DNA from: Chlorokybus atmophyticus
Lineage: Eukaryota; Plantae; Mesostigma and Chlorokybus algae
Assembly: GCA_009103225.1 (NCBI GenBank)
Contig: RHPI01002438.1
Span: 936,755-1,000,754, forward strand
Length of the DNA stretch: 64,000 nucleotides
Direction: 5' to 3'
In this document: piece after piece, positions 37,468 through 53,682 of the stretch
Position numbering within the stretch: position 1 is the stretch's first letter
Layout: every line of letters starts with the position of its first letter
Made by a program: the position numbers and the translations under genes
Notes under the pieces: model-generated
Seen by the model: the letters and a program-made list of their open reading frames with translations, nothing else
Databases searched by the model: none
What the model was told of the DNA's origin: nothing

Positions 37468-39139
37468 ATGGCGGCGGCGACGGTGGTGGCGGCAGGGGGG
37501 TTGTGCCTGCGGTGGCGAGGGGAGACTCTCCCTGCGCAGAGATGCTCGCCGTCAAGAGGAACGCAAGCTCGCCGGAGGGTACATGCAGCGCCCGCTGCCA
37601 CCCGCGCTGCTGCAAACCAGTATGGTGACGCTGGCGCTGCCGCAAGGCCGCAAAGGCTAGAGTGAGCATGCCTTCACTCTACACAAAATCCTCATGTTTT
37701 TTGTCTTTAAGCTATATTGATGGTGAAGATCACCATCTGTATAGATTCATCCCTGCTGGTTGCCAGTTTAGTCAAGCAAGACGTACTGTGTTACTGTGTG
37801 CTGTGCGTGTGTGCAAGCAGCCATGTGCACATCACTGCCTAGCTCACGCGCAGCAGTAAGTGAGAATATTGTCACAGTTCAGCTTCAACTTACGGAAAAA
37901 CCAAGTTCATTTTCATGGCATGCAGAGCGTCAAGACGGATCACAGAGGCTAGGGGCCCGCCCAGAGGCCCGCCAGTGCTGGCGCCATCGGTGATCGGTGC
38001 CACTGGACCCACGGACCTGTGGAGCCACTTGTTGACCAACCGCATTGTTTTCCTCAGGGACCAGGTTGGTAGCTGATCCCATGTGTTGATATTGAGAAGC
38101 AAACTTGGTGGTTGATCGTTCATGTGTTGAACCACGTGGCACCTGGCGTTAGGTCAATGATAAGGTTGCTACGCGGATAACTGCTGAAATGCTTGCGCTG
38201 GAGGCTATGGATCCTACACGAGACATCAAGGTTTGATCAACACAAAAGACTCATGCGCAGCTGTATTTTCTGCTAAGCAGCAAGCAGGTTGCTGTCTGAA
38301 TGTGTTCCTCAGCTCACCTGTGCTTTGCAGTTGTATATAAACTGCCTTGGGGGCTCAATGTACTCCATCCTGTCAATATTCGACATGATGCAAGCGGTAT
38401 GTTGTGCATCCCAATGACTGTTTATGTAACTCTCTTTGTGTATTCGACCTCAACAAATAAAATTCATGTTGAGTTGCGAGCGTCTGCAGATTCGACCAGA
38501 TGTGCAGACGGTGTGCTTCGGTCAGGCTGTCAGCCACGCGGCATTGCTGCTGGCTGCTGGCACGAAGGGCAAGCGTTTTGCAATGGCCAACTCGCGCATC
38601 ATGATTCACCAGCCGATGGGTGGCCTGCAGGTATGTTGCACGTGCCTGCATATAGGCGTGCATGTTTACATGCAGCCCTTGGGACTGATTGGTTTCATAA
38701 TATCCGTTTTGCTGTTGTAGGGAGAAGTTGATGACGTTATTATCCAAGCCACTGAGATTAACCGGCAAAGAGCAGTAAGTGGTGTTCAACAGTTTGTTTG
38801 TTGGTTGGCCGTTGGTCAGATTCCTTGCGAGAGCATTGTGTATGTTGTCCCTGACCTGGAGAAGTCAAGGTCGCAGGTACTGACTGTATTATGTCGTTAG
38901 GTTGTGGATGAGATTTACCAGCATATCACTGGCAAGCCTATTGAGGAAGTAAAGCATTTTACAGACCGCGATTACTTCATGGGCCCTGAAAAGGTACGGC
39001 TTATGATGCAAAACAGCTATCCATCCATTGAGATCCACTTTGCTGTAAAGTGGCTTGCCCTCAGAACCTGTGTAGTAGCGCTCATTCCATCTTCTGTGCG
39101 CAGGCATTGGAGTTCGGTTTGATTGATGGCATTATCTAG
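37468..39139 (+). CDS. clpP: Plastid ATP-dependent Clp protease proteolytic subunit, ClpP6-like; 8 exons
   Basis: [44 protein letters not shown] (catalytic Ser), MIHQP (His), DRDYF (Asp), [11 protein letters not shown]. The NCxGGSxYS variant matches the plant ClpP6 subfamily as recalled. Confidence 0.92.
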
Positions 39140-40909
39140 ACAACATAATGCTCGCTTGGCATTGAAGTATCTACTGGTTGTGTTGCACGCTCTTCGCATG
39201 TGGTGTCTGCCCCTGGTTGCTCTTTCACCACAGCATGGTTCCTTGTGTCCTGAGTCCAGTCATGTAAGCACGGTCGGCAGATATGCACTCATGACTTGCC
39301 AGCATGGTTCTGCACGCCACATTTACGCAAGCATGCATGCCGCACATGAAGACACATGCACATCATGCGCGCATAGTCGTACATTCGGTAGAGTAGGGAT
39401 CTTGTGGATAGTGCAGCCAGTGATGTGCAATTGGATGCATGTATATGCTCTCAATTGCTTGTGCTCATGCACATGTTGCAAAAGCGACCTTCAGCGCTGA
39501 AGTGGCAAGTGCTAGGTGTGCACAAAATGCGGGACATGCATGCGCATGAGCATCACACGCAGTGAAACTAGCACACAGCAACGCATGCATGGCACACAAC
39601 ATCAATGCCAATCGAGTTGACCGGTTACTATACCACGCTACCCTACTGCCGCGAGCCCGGTCGACATGCAGCAGTCAACATGCAGAGTTATCAGTTGCCC
39701 ACATGGCGCTTTTGGGTTGTTGGCACTCTTGGTCACACAGTCAGCAAGCACGTCAGCGACCAGGACTCCCCCGCCCTCTCTCCTCAGCTCCGCCCCCTGC
39801 CCGCCGCATTGCTGATGAACGTAGTTGTGTTGTACTCTTGGTGTAGGTAGCATGTGCTTATGGTTGCTTTGTGTTTAACATTACAGGTTCCACAATGTCA
39901 GACATAAAGGGTCAATCGAACACTTTACTCTTGGATCTGAGCTATAGCTAAGCCTACACATTGGAAAATTGATGACGTTATAACATTACAGATTGATAAT
40001 AGGTTGTTGGATGCACTAGACAATGTTCAACGTGCATGCCATGCATGTGTGTATGGCATTATGTCAGCATAGTTTGCACGCCACAACTCACAAGTTAATT
40101 GTGTGACCGCAAAGTTCATGTTGAATCCACTCATGTCAATGTAATAATGCGTATATATACATGTTGATGCGGTTGAGTTAAGACCTTGTACACGTAAATG
40201 TGGGGAAGATTATGTCATACGATGCAATAATATGATGGCTTTTTCTTTGCTGAGGTGTGTGTGCTTCGGTTATGCATGTAGCTCAAAGATGCACGTGCAT
40301 CAAACGTTCAATGTTAAACAATAAAATGTACATTGATGGTGTGCATATGGGATAGCAGCAGGGTACGTAGGGTTTTTAAAGCAAATAGCGTTGATGCATT
40401 GTCACTGACACTCACATAGCACGAGCGCACGCGAGGCACACATAAAATGCACCCAGTTATGCAATATCGATAAACATTAATGATTCTGCCACAATGATTA
40501 TAATAGACAATGAGTCAGTTCCATGACATAATGTAGTAGTTAACAGCAAATCTCTTCACCAATAACGGAATCTTGATGAGAATACATGTTTCATTGATCT
40601 CTGCCACCATGGGCAGAGAAGTGGGCGAAAATGTTTTCGCCGAAAAGTGGGGCATGTGATCATGATTGAGAAAAAATAACAGGTCTGCACCAGTGAACTG
40701 GTACCGTACTGACGGTACGTGTACACCGGCCCACAGAAGCCCTACACGTGGCACATATAGGCGGTGTTGGCGTCATATTTGAAGGCGGCGGCGGTGAGCA
40801 TTACAAGCAGAGCAGCCGTAGTGTGTCACTTCCATCTTCGTTATCAAGAGCATTGGTAGGGCCTCACCCACCTCACACACATATACATAAGCGCAGAAGC
40901 GTCATCATC

Positions 40910-43900
40910 ATGAGTGGCTTTGACATGAAGAGCCTGGGCAACGCTCTGAAGAAGAAGTCCGCCACGGTGTTCTCGCAGGTGGAGTCGGCCATCAACGACG
41001 TCGCCGGGCCAAAGGTGCTGTTGACTGTTTCTTATTCGTTATTGCAGCTGCCAAGTGTGCTTTGTACAGCTGTCGGAGGTCCGTCACACACGTCACGTTG
41101 TGACGTTACAGAGCAGCTGCATGTTGGCAAGTAGCAATCTATACTTTTATTGTAGCATGTGTAGTGCGCTAGCATGCAATCGTTTGGCATGGAGTAGGCA
41201 AGCCAGTAAGTGCAGCAAGTGCAGACAACAAACCATGCACAGGTTGCTGTCATATCTAGCGAGAGAGGCACTTAATAGACCACCGCAGCAATGTCATGCA
41301 CTAGGCTCCAGCTCGTGCATGTTAAACGTTCAACAGGTTAAGCATGCTGTCACAATAGTACTTAAGGCAATCGGGACTTGAACAGCAGTTGCATGTAGCT
41401 TTAGAAAGGCTGTTCCACTTGTGACGGCCAAATGACACATTCACAGCACATCCTCAGTTTGTAGATAAAGTTAGTGAAGCGGGGTGAAGATTTCACTAAC
41501 ACCGATGACAACCTGTTGTCTGCACACAGCATGTGCAATGCGTATGCGTGATGTGCATGTTACTACAGGTGCAATGTTGCATGCTCCCTTCCACAGTCAT
41601 CTTTAATGTTTCGCTTAATGCTGTCCAAGCAACAATCCGATGCTGCTGCTTGCTATTGTTCGCGTGCAAGTGTTTACACACACACACACACACAGGCATG
41701 CAACACACTTCGTTTCTGCATACGCAGGTCCTGCGCAACTATGAAGTTGGGGAGCAGATTGCCTCGGCGGGGTTGAGCCTCATGTGGCGCGTGTACGCCG
41801 GCAAGCAGCGCATCAGCAAGAAGGACGCGCCGTCTGATCTCCCGCCTCCAGACGTCGCCATTTGGTATGACTAGTATTGTGTTGGTCTGGCGTATTGTGC
41901 TTGGCAGAGTGTGTAGAGAGTGAGAGGTGGATGTGTATGTCAGGTACCTTGAGAAGAAGTGGTTGGAAGAAAAGGGCCGTGGTAAAGGGGACCCGGAAGC
42001 GTACATTGATCTCTGCCGCAAGGACGTCGCTACTATGACAAAGTCAGTAGTACTATTGTATTGCTTGTATTGTTTCCGTCTTCTCTATGTAATGTGCGTG
42101 TCTGTCTCCATGCACATGTGCATTGTGTGTGTGCATGTGTGTGTGCGTGTGGACGTTCATGCATGCATGACAGTGTATGTGTGTGGCATGGGTGTGTGTC
42201 CATAGGTAGTACTCGTACCATGCGCGCATACAAAAACAAAACATTTTACAGGCTACGGCATCCTGGAGTGTTGCGTGTAATCGCCCCGTTGGACGAGACC
42301 CGCAACGCTATGGCCTTCGTGACGGAGCCCATACTGGGATCGTTGGCCAACTGCCTTAAGCGCTTTGATCACATAAAGAAGGTCCCTGAGGCGTTGGAGA
42401 CACTGGTAAGCAGCCCGATGCAATTAGCTTTCATGACTTACATCGATGAAGCTCAATCAGCCACTGAAACTGTATGTCGATTATACAGGACATGTCTCCA
42501 TTGGAGATCAAGCATGGGGCCCTGCAGCTGCTGGAAGGCGTGGCGTTCCTGCATTCGGATGCAAACACTGTACATAGAGGCATAACGCCCGAGGTGAGCA
42601 TGCTGTAAGTCTCAGACTACACAAGCAGCTGGATAGTACATCTCCGCAGCTGCCTGATATTGCCCATGTGTTCTATGCTGAGTGCAACATGTATTTGGCA
42701 GACTTGCTACATGCATGCATAAGTACACGTATACATGCATGAGTGTGCATGAGTGCCTGGTATGCGTGCGCATGTAGCAGTAACAGCACATACTTGGTGC
42801 ATTTGGGTACCCACATGCATATGTATGTTGGGTTGCGCTGCTGACACTTTTTCCCATCCTGGCTGGTAGTCCATTGTCGTCACGAGTGGCGGGAATTGGA
42901 AGCTGTCCGGCTTCTACTTCGCCACAGCTCTCGACTTCACAGACCCCAAAGCCGCGCACCCCTTTTACTACCCCGTAAGTCATCTCTGCATCATTGCCGC
43001 CTCTATCAACGCCACACACTTCACCACTAACCACACACATCTCACGCCCAGGACTTTGAAGCTCCAAAGAAGCCCTATTACACCCAACCCTCTCTTCACT
43101 ACGTCGCTCCCGAGCTCGTGTTAGACAGCTCCATGACATCAACAACAACAACACCTCCTCCCGGCCCTCCCGGCGACATGTTCTCCCTCGCATGCGTGTT
43201 GTACGAAGTAACCCGTCTGAAGACACTCCTCCCACCCGAAGCCAACAACATCCCCGCCTACAAGCGCGCGATCGAGGGCTTGCCGTACAACTCCGAAGCG
43301 TACTCGGGACTGCCGCCGGACTTTGTGACTCAACTCAGATTGTTGACGGCGAGGGAGCCAAATAGTAGACCCGTTGCGCAAGCGTTTGCGAGCTCGCCGT
43401 TCTTTAGAGACGATGCGTTGCTGAGAGCACTGCGGTTCCTTGACCACATGCTGGTGAGTATGGTTAATAATCGCACAAGGCAGCAAGTCGGTGGCCGCTA
43501 GTGAGCTTACTATCTGAGACAATTTGCACGTTGGGTCGTGCATGTGTGCGCGCAAACTGCACAAGCACGCATGTGGCTGTGCATGGCTGTGCATGGCTAT
43601 GTGTTTGTAAGCGGTTGTGCATGCATGTGCGTGCACGTGTACATGTTGGCCATGCACTGTATGTGTACATATGCATGCAAATATGCGTATATGCAACTTG
43701 ACATGCATGTTGTGCGTTCCCCACTTGCAGGAGCGCGACACGTCGCAGAAGATACAATTCCTCAACGCGCTGCCGGACATGTGGTCTGGTCTCAGTCCCC
43801 GCATCCTCCGCTACAAGGTCCTCCCGCCTCTCGTCTCCGAGCTCCGCAACCCCTCGATGCAGGCTTCCGTCCTGCCGCACGTCCTCCGCGCCGTGGACGC

Positions 43901-45744
43901 GCAGGACCAGAAGGAGTTCATGGACGTCACGATGCCGGGGATACGGTACCTCGCGGCCACGGCGACGGGGGAAGCGCTGGGAGAATTGGCGAGGTCGTTA
44001 CCAATACTCGCGGAGAAGATACCGGGGGAAGCGGCGGATGCGGTACTTGTGCCCGCACTAGCGAGGTGAGGGAGGATTGGCCAGTGCGTGCATGCGTGCG
44101 TGTGTGTCACACACACGTTTGCACCCGCCCGCACCTGCACGCAATGAGACACACACACATACACACACACACATGCGCGCGTGTGTGAAACAGGTGGGTG
44201 TGCGTTACATTGTAGCCACGCACTCTGTTGTGCCGATTGTGTTACACTCTTGCAGGTGTTACGAAGAGGGTGATCCGCGCGTGCAAGAGGACGCGTTGAG
44301 AAAAACACCCGATGTGGCTCAGAAGCTCTCGCTCGTCGCGTTAAAAGAGCAGATCCTCCCGCGTGTCCATGCAACGGCTTTGAAAACATCCGTCGCGGCC
44401 GTGCGCGTGCACGCCTTCGTGTGTCTCGGCCAGCTCGTCCCGCGCATGGACGACGCGATGATGAATGAATTGCTCGCTACCATGTCACGCTGTGTCGCCG
44501 TGGACAAGTCTGCATCCACGTTGATGTGTGTACTCGGCGTGTGCGACATCATCGCCAAGAACGAACCCGTCGACATGGTGGCTGAAAAACTACTACCTAT
44601 ACTGTTACCACTCACCGTGGCGCCCAAACTTAACCAACAACAGTTTGGCACGTTCATGCGGCTCATCAAAGACATGATCAAGCGTATAGATGACAAGAGG
44701 GGAGCTGAGTTTGGCGAGTCCGAGCAGATGCGTGAGGGCGCGCGCAAGTCTATAGCCGAAGCGGGTGGGGCGAAACCCAACGCAACAGGCGGTAAAGCCA
44801 CTACAGTGCAAAATGGTTGGGATGATTGGGCGCCACCACCAAATGCACCCTCAGTTGAAACTGTTGCACTCAACAAGCCGCTACCGCCGTTGCCGGCTGT
44901 AGCGACAGCCGGATTGAGCAGCAACTCGCCGATGAAGCCGGCGATGGCAACAACAACAACACATATCAGCAGCAGCTCAGATGGCTTCACGTGGCCTCCG
45001 CCGTCATTCTCGTCCTCGTCCTCATCGTTGTCCAGCACGCCGTTGCCAACAACCTCGTTCGGCACACCCGTGGCGAGCGCGGCCACGCCGTCGTGGAGCT
45101 CACCGTCATCGTTTGCCAACAATCAGTCAGGTGCGCAGCACCTTGCATGCACAGTTGTGCTACAATATCTCTGCATTAGTACTGGTGTTTGATTTGTGTA
45201 CTCTGTGCAAGCCAATAACACACCGTCAATGTATTGTTAGAAGGTTCGGTGATAGAGTATCTAAGAGTGTTGAGTTGGCTGATTCAAGGTTCGTGCTACT
45301 GCAGGCACTACCACTTCCTACGGACAGGCTGATGACTTGGACTCCATGTTCAAAGACCCCACCTGGAAAGACCCTGCGCTTCCCCACATAACACCATCCA
45401 TGGCCCCATCACCATTACCAACACCATCATCAGCGTTCACGTCATCAAGCAAGCCCTCACCCATGGGGAGACCGATGCCGATGGGGGGCACCTCAAGTCT
45501 TGGCTCCTTTGGGGCGGGACCGACACAACAACAGCAACAACAACACATAGGAGGAGTATCCAACGCGAGCCCGTTCAACACGCCGTTCAATTTGGATAGT
45601 TTGCACTCGGGCATTCCACCGACACAGCAACAGCCGAGGTTGCCAGCGAAAGGGATGATACCGCCCCCGCCGCCTGTTGGTTTGGGTGGTGGCGTGCAAA
45701 GACCGCAACGGCCTGGTGGTGCAGGGTTTGATTTGCTGTCGTGA
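40910..45744 (+). CDS. SCYL2: SCY1-like protein 2 (pseudokinase plus HEAT repeats); 10 exons
   Basis: RLRHPGVLRV, FVTEPILGSLAN, VHRGITPE (no HRD), WKLSGF (no DFG), YVAPE, DDALLRALRFLDHML, HEAT region, Pro/Ser-rich tail ending FDLLS*. Confidence 0.93.
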
Positions 45745-46558
45745 TTGTAGGGTCCATTGGGTGATTGATGTCACACTTGGCGTGTGACTACTGCAAGCCT
45801 GCGAGTCTTTGTGTGGTGGAGCAGTGTTGCTGCGTGCGCTGTTCGCTCATGGAATGCTTGAGATGTGGGGTATGTGAGCATGTGTGAGAAGAATGCACAG
45901 TGAGCATGTAGGAGAGAATTGGGCGTTCGCCTGTGTATAGGGTATGTGAAGTGCTGTGTGAGACACACGCATACATATGCCACATGCACACCAACACTCA
46001 CATGCACACTACCAATTCAGTTTATCATGTGTCTGCATGCATGCATGCGCCTGCACACCCGCAATCACCTCTTGTGGGGTTTGCAAAACATTCATAAACA
46101 GATGCCCGCAAATGTGTGCATTTCTACAGCACACGTAAACACTTGTGTGCATCAAGTGCCAACCAGTGTAAGCAAGAACAAAACCAAAAACCCAGCCTAG
46201 GCAGGTGCTACTACCCTTCCAGTTTAAAGAAATGCCTGCATCAGATATCCCATGCAAAGATTCCTGTCTCTTTTCTTCAGGCGCAATGTGCGGCTTTATA
46301 CATCAAACCCAACAAGGGCAGCTGCAGCAGTGCTGTCCAGCAACACTGCATTTATCCTAGGCCCCAAAATGTCTTGAACAGAGAACTAAACCAATCAATG
46401 AATGCACACAACTTACAAAACATGAGAAATGAAGCGTCAGGTCAGGTCAAGTCAGGTCAGGTCAGATAGCGTAATGTACAGATTCTCCGTAACAGCGAGC
46501 ATATATCACACAAGGAGACGAATGGCGTGTCGCCATTCCCTCCACTTCATACCCCTTT

Positions 46559-48924
<2,366 letters not shown>

Positions 48925-49845
48925 GGTCCTGATGGTCCTGCTCGGCCTCCGCCGCCTCCTCCGCCTGCTTGTCGGTGTGGGTGGCGGCGTTGTTGGCGGA
49001 GACAGTAGCTATGGGCAATGCAATAAGCCTGTGGCGCTGTTTATAGCAGCAGGAGAGACTGGCTATAAGCCTTGTCCCACGGATGGCGTTCATGCATGAA
49101 ACCGCTTCGCTATGGAATTGCTTGGAGTGTACCCAAGCAAGGGGGTCATCCTACGTACTTCATGCTCTGATGAGGAGGGATAATGTTCTGCTTAGCCGTT
49201 TTTAGCCCACCCGCTTCGCATCACGTGACGGTTTCTTGTCGTTTTCCGTTGCCTACAATTTTAGCTGCCCCTGCTCGCTCTGTGGATAATTACGGGATTG
49301 CACTGCTTGTGCGGCAACTCTTGTGCGCGCACAAGAGCTCGATATTCATCGACTGCCTCCATTAAGCTGGATATCTGCAAGATATGGTGCCTATACCGTA
49401 CCAATGCCGTATGCTGACCCAAACTGGAGAGGAAAGCCAAGCATTTTCTAGAAGAAAAGCGCGCTAACGTAAGATTAGCAAACGCAGACGTTAGGGGCAA
49501 CACAAGTGGTAGCATTGGCTACAGCGTTTGCTAACGCTCACGTGCATGCGCGTGTGCGTTGTAGGGTGCGTTCGTGCATAGCGAGGCAGCTTGCCTCAGG
49601 TAAGTGCATGCGCGTGGTGTTGCGGGTGGCGTGGACGGCGGCGGCGGTGTCGTCCGCGGCGTTGTTAGTGGCTTTGGAAGCGTAGGCATTGCTGCCGTGC
49701 GTGTTTGCGGCGTAGGAGCTGAGCATTTGGTGCAGGTAAGCGCTCTTGGGGCAGGCATTTTGGTCTTGTGGGCGCAGAGGATAGCGCGTGATTAGGGTTT
49801 TAGGACCCGTAGCGCTTGCAATTGACGGCGGCGGCGGCGGCGACG

Positions 49846-51552
49846 ATGGCTGCTTCTACAGCTACGTTGGGCGTGCGAGCAGAGAGGCTGACGGCCGCAG
49901 CCCTTGTGCATGCTCCCGCTGCTGCTGCTGCGTTGCGCCACAACACCCGCGACGCTGACGGCGTGCCCACAGGCAAGAAAGCTTCTCCATGTATCTTGTT
50001 TTCCAAGGGTTACAACTCTGTTGCTATGCTTTGTGCTGAGCGTTGCGCTTTGGTTCGCGTTTCACAGTTGGCGCAAGCGCTTTCTTTGGCCGGCGTGCAG
50101 CTTTCCTCGCCGCCAAGCATGCAGCGTCAGTGGCAACAGCACACCCCGCGCGGCGCTCAACCGTGACCGTGGCTGCTGGTGCTACTGCCACTGCCGTGTC
50201 GCCGCTTGAACAGCTCAAACAGTAAGCTGGGGTTTGAGCTTGCTCTTGCTGTGAAGTTTGCATGTTAGTGGACGGGAGTTTTTCCGCTGCAGTCATACAG
50301 GCAGTCAGCAGGTGCTTTGTTGGAGTGTATATGCATTTGAGTGTGTTCGGTGCAGTGTTGCGGTACCAAAGCACCAAAATATCATGAAAACTTCCATGCA
50401 TGCAAGTTTGGTAGGTGACACTTCTTCTCAACAGGTACGAGCGACCAGAATGGGCGGCGTTTGAGATGGGCCACCCTGACTATGCTGTCTACTGGGAGTC
50501 CGCCAACGGTGGAGGCCTTCCCTCCGGCATTGTCAAATCGGTGAGCGTTTACAGCATAGTTAAGTGCAGCTAGCAGTAGACGCCATGTGCAGAACCATGC
50601 CATGATGGCCTTGATGGGTCTTCATTGTTTGTGAATACCATACTTGCAACGGGTGATTATACACTTGTGCACAGGGCGAGACAGTAACCATCTATTACAA
50701 CGCTGCTGGGACCAAGCTGGACCCAAACTTCACAGGCGGAAATATCTTTTTTAACGGCAAGCTCTTGTTTGCTGTACACATGACACTTACTTTTGTGCGC
50801 ATGCCACGGCCGTCAACGTACATACGTGTCAAAACGTATTACTTTCAGGTGGTTTCAACGGCCCCTTCATGTGCGGTGGAGAGCCTCGCCCCATGGCCAA
50901 GCGCGAGAGAGGCCCTGTATGCGCAGATATATATTCGATCCGTGTCAATGTTCCTCGCCATGGTGCGCACAATTGTCCATGGCATAACTTGGGTTTTTGT
51001 GGCTGTTTGCTAACAGATTGCAATGGCAGCCCGTACGCTCGAGTTCTCGTTCACTGATGGTCAGACATGGGATGGGCGCTACAAGATTGAGTTTGTGTTG
51101 CCATCTTCCCTCCAGGGCAAGCCAAAGCAGGTTTTGGATGAGGTGAGTTTAGTCAACAGCCTTTGCTAATTATCAAAAAAATGATTAGCAAAGGTGCACA
51201 GTTCGTCACACGCGTTGTCAACCACATTCAGGGACTCGCTGACGAGATGGCATCTGCATCTGCTTGCAACGACGCCATCTTTCCTGATCTGGTGCCAGTG
51301 TTGATCAAGTGCCCTATGCCTGGTGGTGTTGGACTTGCAGGGGTAGGGACTGCATCTCATGGCGATCGCTTTGTGCTTGTGTTCCTTCCTTCCTCATGTT
51401 CCCATGGTATTTATGTGTGCATTGCGCGCGATGCGCAGGGTGATCGCTGCGATCTGGACATTACTGTTGGCTGCATGGACCCGACAGCGGTGAACTACGA
51501 TCCTTTCGCTATTGTTGATGATGGCAAGTGCGATATCTCCCCACAGAAGTAG
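49846..51552 (+). CDS. PIFI: Post-illumination chlorophyll fluorescence increase protein (plastid); 8 exons
   Basis: Transit peptide, then YERPEWAAFEMG..VYW, FNGGFNGPFMCGGEPRPM, FSFTDGQTWDGRY, CNDAIFPD and GDRCDLDITVGCMDPTAVNYDPFAIVDDGKC, colinear with plant PIFI as recalled. Confidence 0.9.
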
Positions 51553-53682
51553 ATGGCTGGAGCGCTGCAACCTGTTGATATGTAATGATTGCCTAGTTTG
51601 GGGCACGCTGCACGCACTGTCGCAGGGAGTGCTGTGTGGCTGTACATAGTCACACAATTGCAAGCATGCTGCATGCGGACAGCAAAATTGCCTTGCGGTT
51701 AGTTACCAGTGCTGCATTGCGCTAGTTGTGTTAGCGCCGCGTAGTAGTCAGCCATTGTAGCCATTGGACTGCCCTAACTCATGGTTGTGGAAGAATTCGC
51801 AGCCAAGTCATGTGTTTGCGTGATTTTCTTTTTGACGTGGGCTGCAGCATTGTTTGTGTACAGAAAATGCACGTGATGTGTGCGTGAACACGATCTGCCA
51901 GTGAGCAAAGGCGCTGCCTCACATCACAGGGAATCGCTGTAGTGGGTTTAGGTTTGTCAAACTGATTGTTGGCATGGTTGTGTGAGTTTGAAAAAGCAAT
52001 TACTGGTATGCAACCTCTTGTACAGATCAAAAGCTTGGGCCAGCACGTGTGCTTGCACAGGCTGGCAATGCGTATGCACTCTCTCACAGTTTTGTGATAG
52101 CAGTTGGGTTCAATATCTATGTCTTCACATGTCCACTCTTAGAGTTTGCTTTACCGCAATGTTGTGTACACAAATCTCCAAAACTATTCTAGGCATGCAA
52201 TCAGTGCAGCACATCCGTTGTGTATGCCCATGTCACTCAACAGGCAGCGTGTTATGTACAAAGGTTTTACGCTTCATATGCTGCATGCAAGGGGTGTACA
52301 ATACAATGCGGTGTATCAAGGCGCATGCAAACACCAAGCACAAGTGCGAACAGCATGCGGGCAAACATTGTCATTCAGTAGTCCACCACTAGGCTAGCCT
52401 ATTCTGTCTTCACTACTACTACGACTAACACCACCACCCCGTTAGACATGCAAGCATGCAGATAGTCCGCAAATCACCTGTACAGCATGCACCTAGTTAG
52501 TCGCGGTCACCCACGCCAGGCAGCCGGCAGCACCGGCAGACGGACTCCCTCGCCCTCCTCCCGCCAGCAGCACCCTCGCCCCTCCTCTGCGTTTGCTGCC
52601 TTCTTTGGCCGTCCTTTGCAACCCTCAACCCTGCACTGCTGACGTCAGCAGTGCATGCTGGTTCGGTGCAGTCGGTGGGGTTGGGTGGCTGTGTCCTTCG
52701 CACGGGCAAGCTGCTGTACCATGCTGCCTGCTCCCCGCGCACGCCCTTCGGTCGAGGGCGGTTTCAACGTCGGTTGCCGCTAGTGACTGTGCATGTCTCC
52801 CAATTGTGTTCGACAGCTGCTCCAGCTCCATGCCGCTTGCCGTCTCGTGCACTGCTTTGCATGGCTAACGGGGTGGGTTGATACCAACCTGGTATAGTTC
52901 TATGCATGCATGCATCAGTCCATGCCTATGCATGGCGCCCCCGGTCAAGCACCCACACCACACGCAATCTACTTACGCAACTTGTGTTTGAAACCATGTC
53001 CGGTAGGTTTATTCATTCGTCTCCTTGATATGTGAGGAGCGATAGTGATCCCGGACATCACAGTCACTGCAGCTCCTACTACTGAATAACCAGAATTGCT
53101 GCACCCCGTTGTCACTGACGCCAGATATCACAATACATGACAGCATTCGGTGCTGCACTTGCTATCAGCTGCATCTGCTGTGCAATTCCCCACATCACTG
53201 TTGGAAGCCTCTGTCAAGGTCATTCATAGACCTGCTGGGACCTCGGTCTACAAATGCTGTCCACTGTATGTATGTTGCCTTGTCGCCCTCAAAGCATGTC
53301 ACACGTAAACAGTGCACATGGCAGCACGCAAAGAACTGGTGACACCACGCTGAGTAGTATTTGGAGCTGCACTGTCTGGGCAGCTCACGGGCCATACCCC
53401 CGTGGTTAAGCGCAAACGTGAGCTGCAATTCATAGAGTAATTCTTTGCGCTCCATGTAACTGAGCCCTCTTGCCAGGATTCTGCATAGCGCCTGCGCCAA
53501 GTGTTGTGCTTACTCGCAGTGTTTGAACAGTTACCATAGCAGGGTACGCCAAATAACCCAGCTCAAGTTTGTACGCATTCATGAGCAACAAGCGCTTTGT
53601 GTATGCACTCAACAACCCACCTGATCGGTTTGTTTGAACACCATATGCCAGGTGCACGCAATCAATCTGCTTACAGACTGAC

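Noticed and set aside
40624-40718. Two short perfect hairpins (40624-40641, 40701-40718) as a Helitron 3' end or terminators
   Set aside because: No CTRR terminus at the expected distance; 7-8 bp stems arise by chance.
52497-52852. Last exon of DDX42
   Set aside because: A better terminal exon ([13 protein letters not shown]) ends at 53683.
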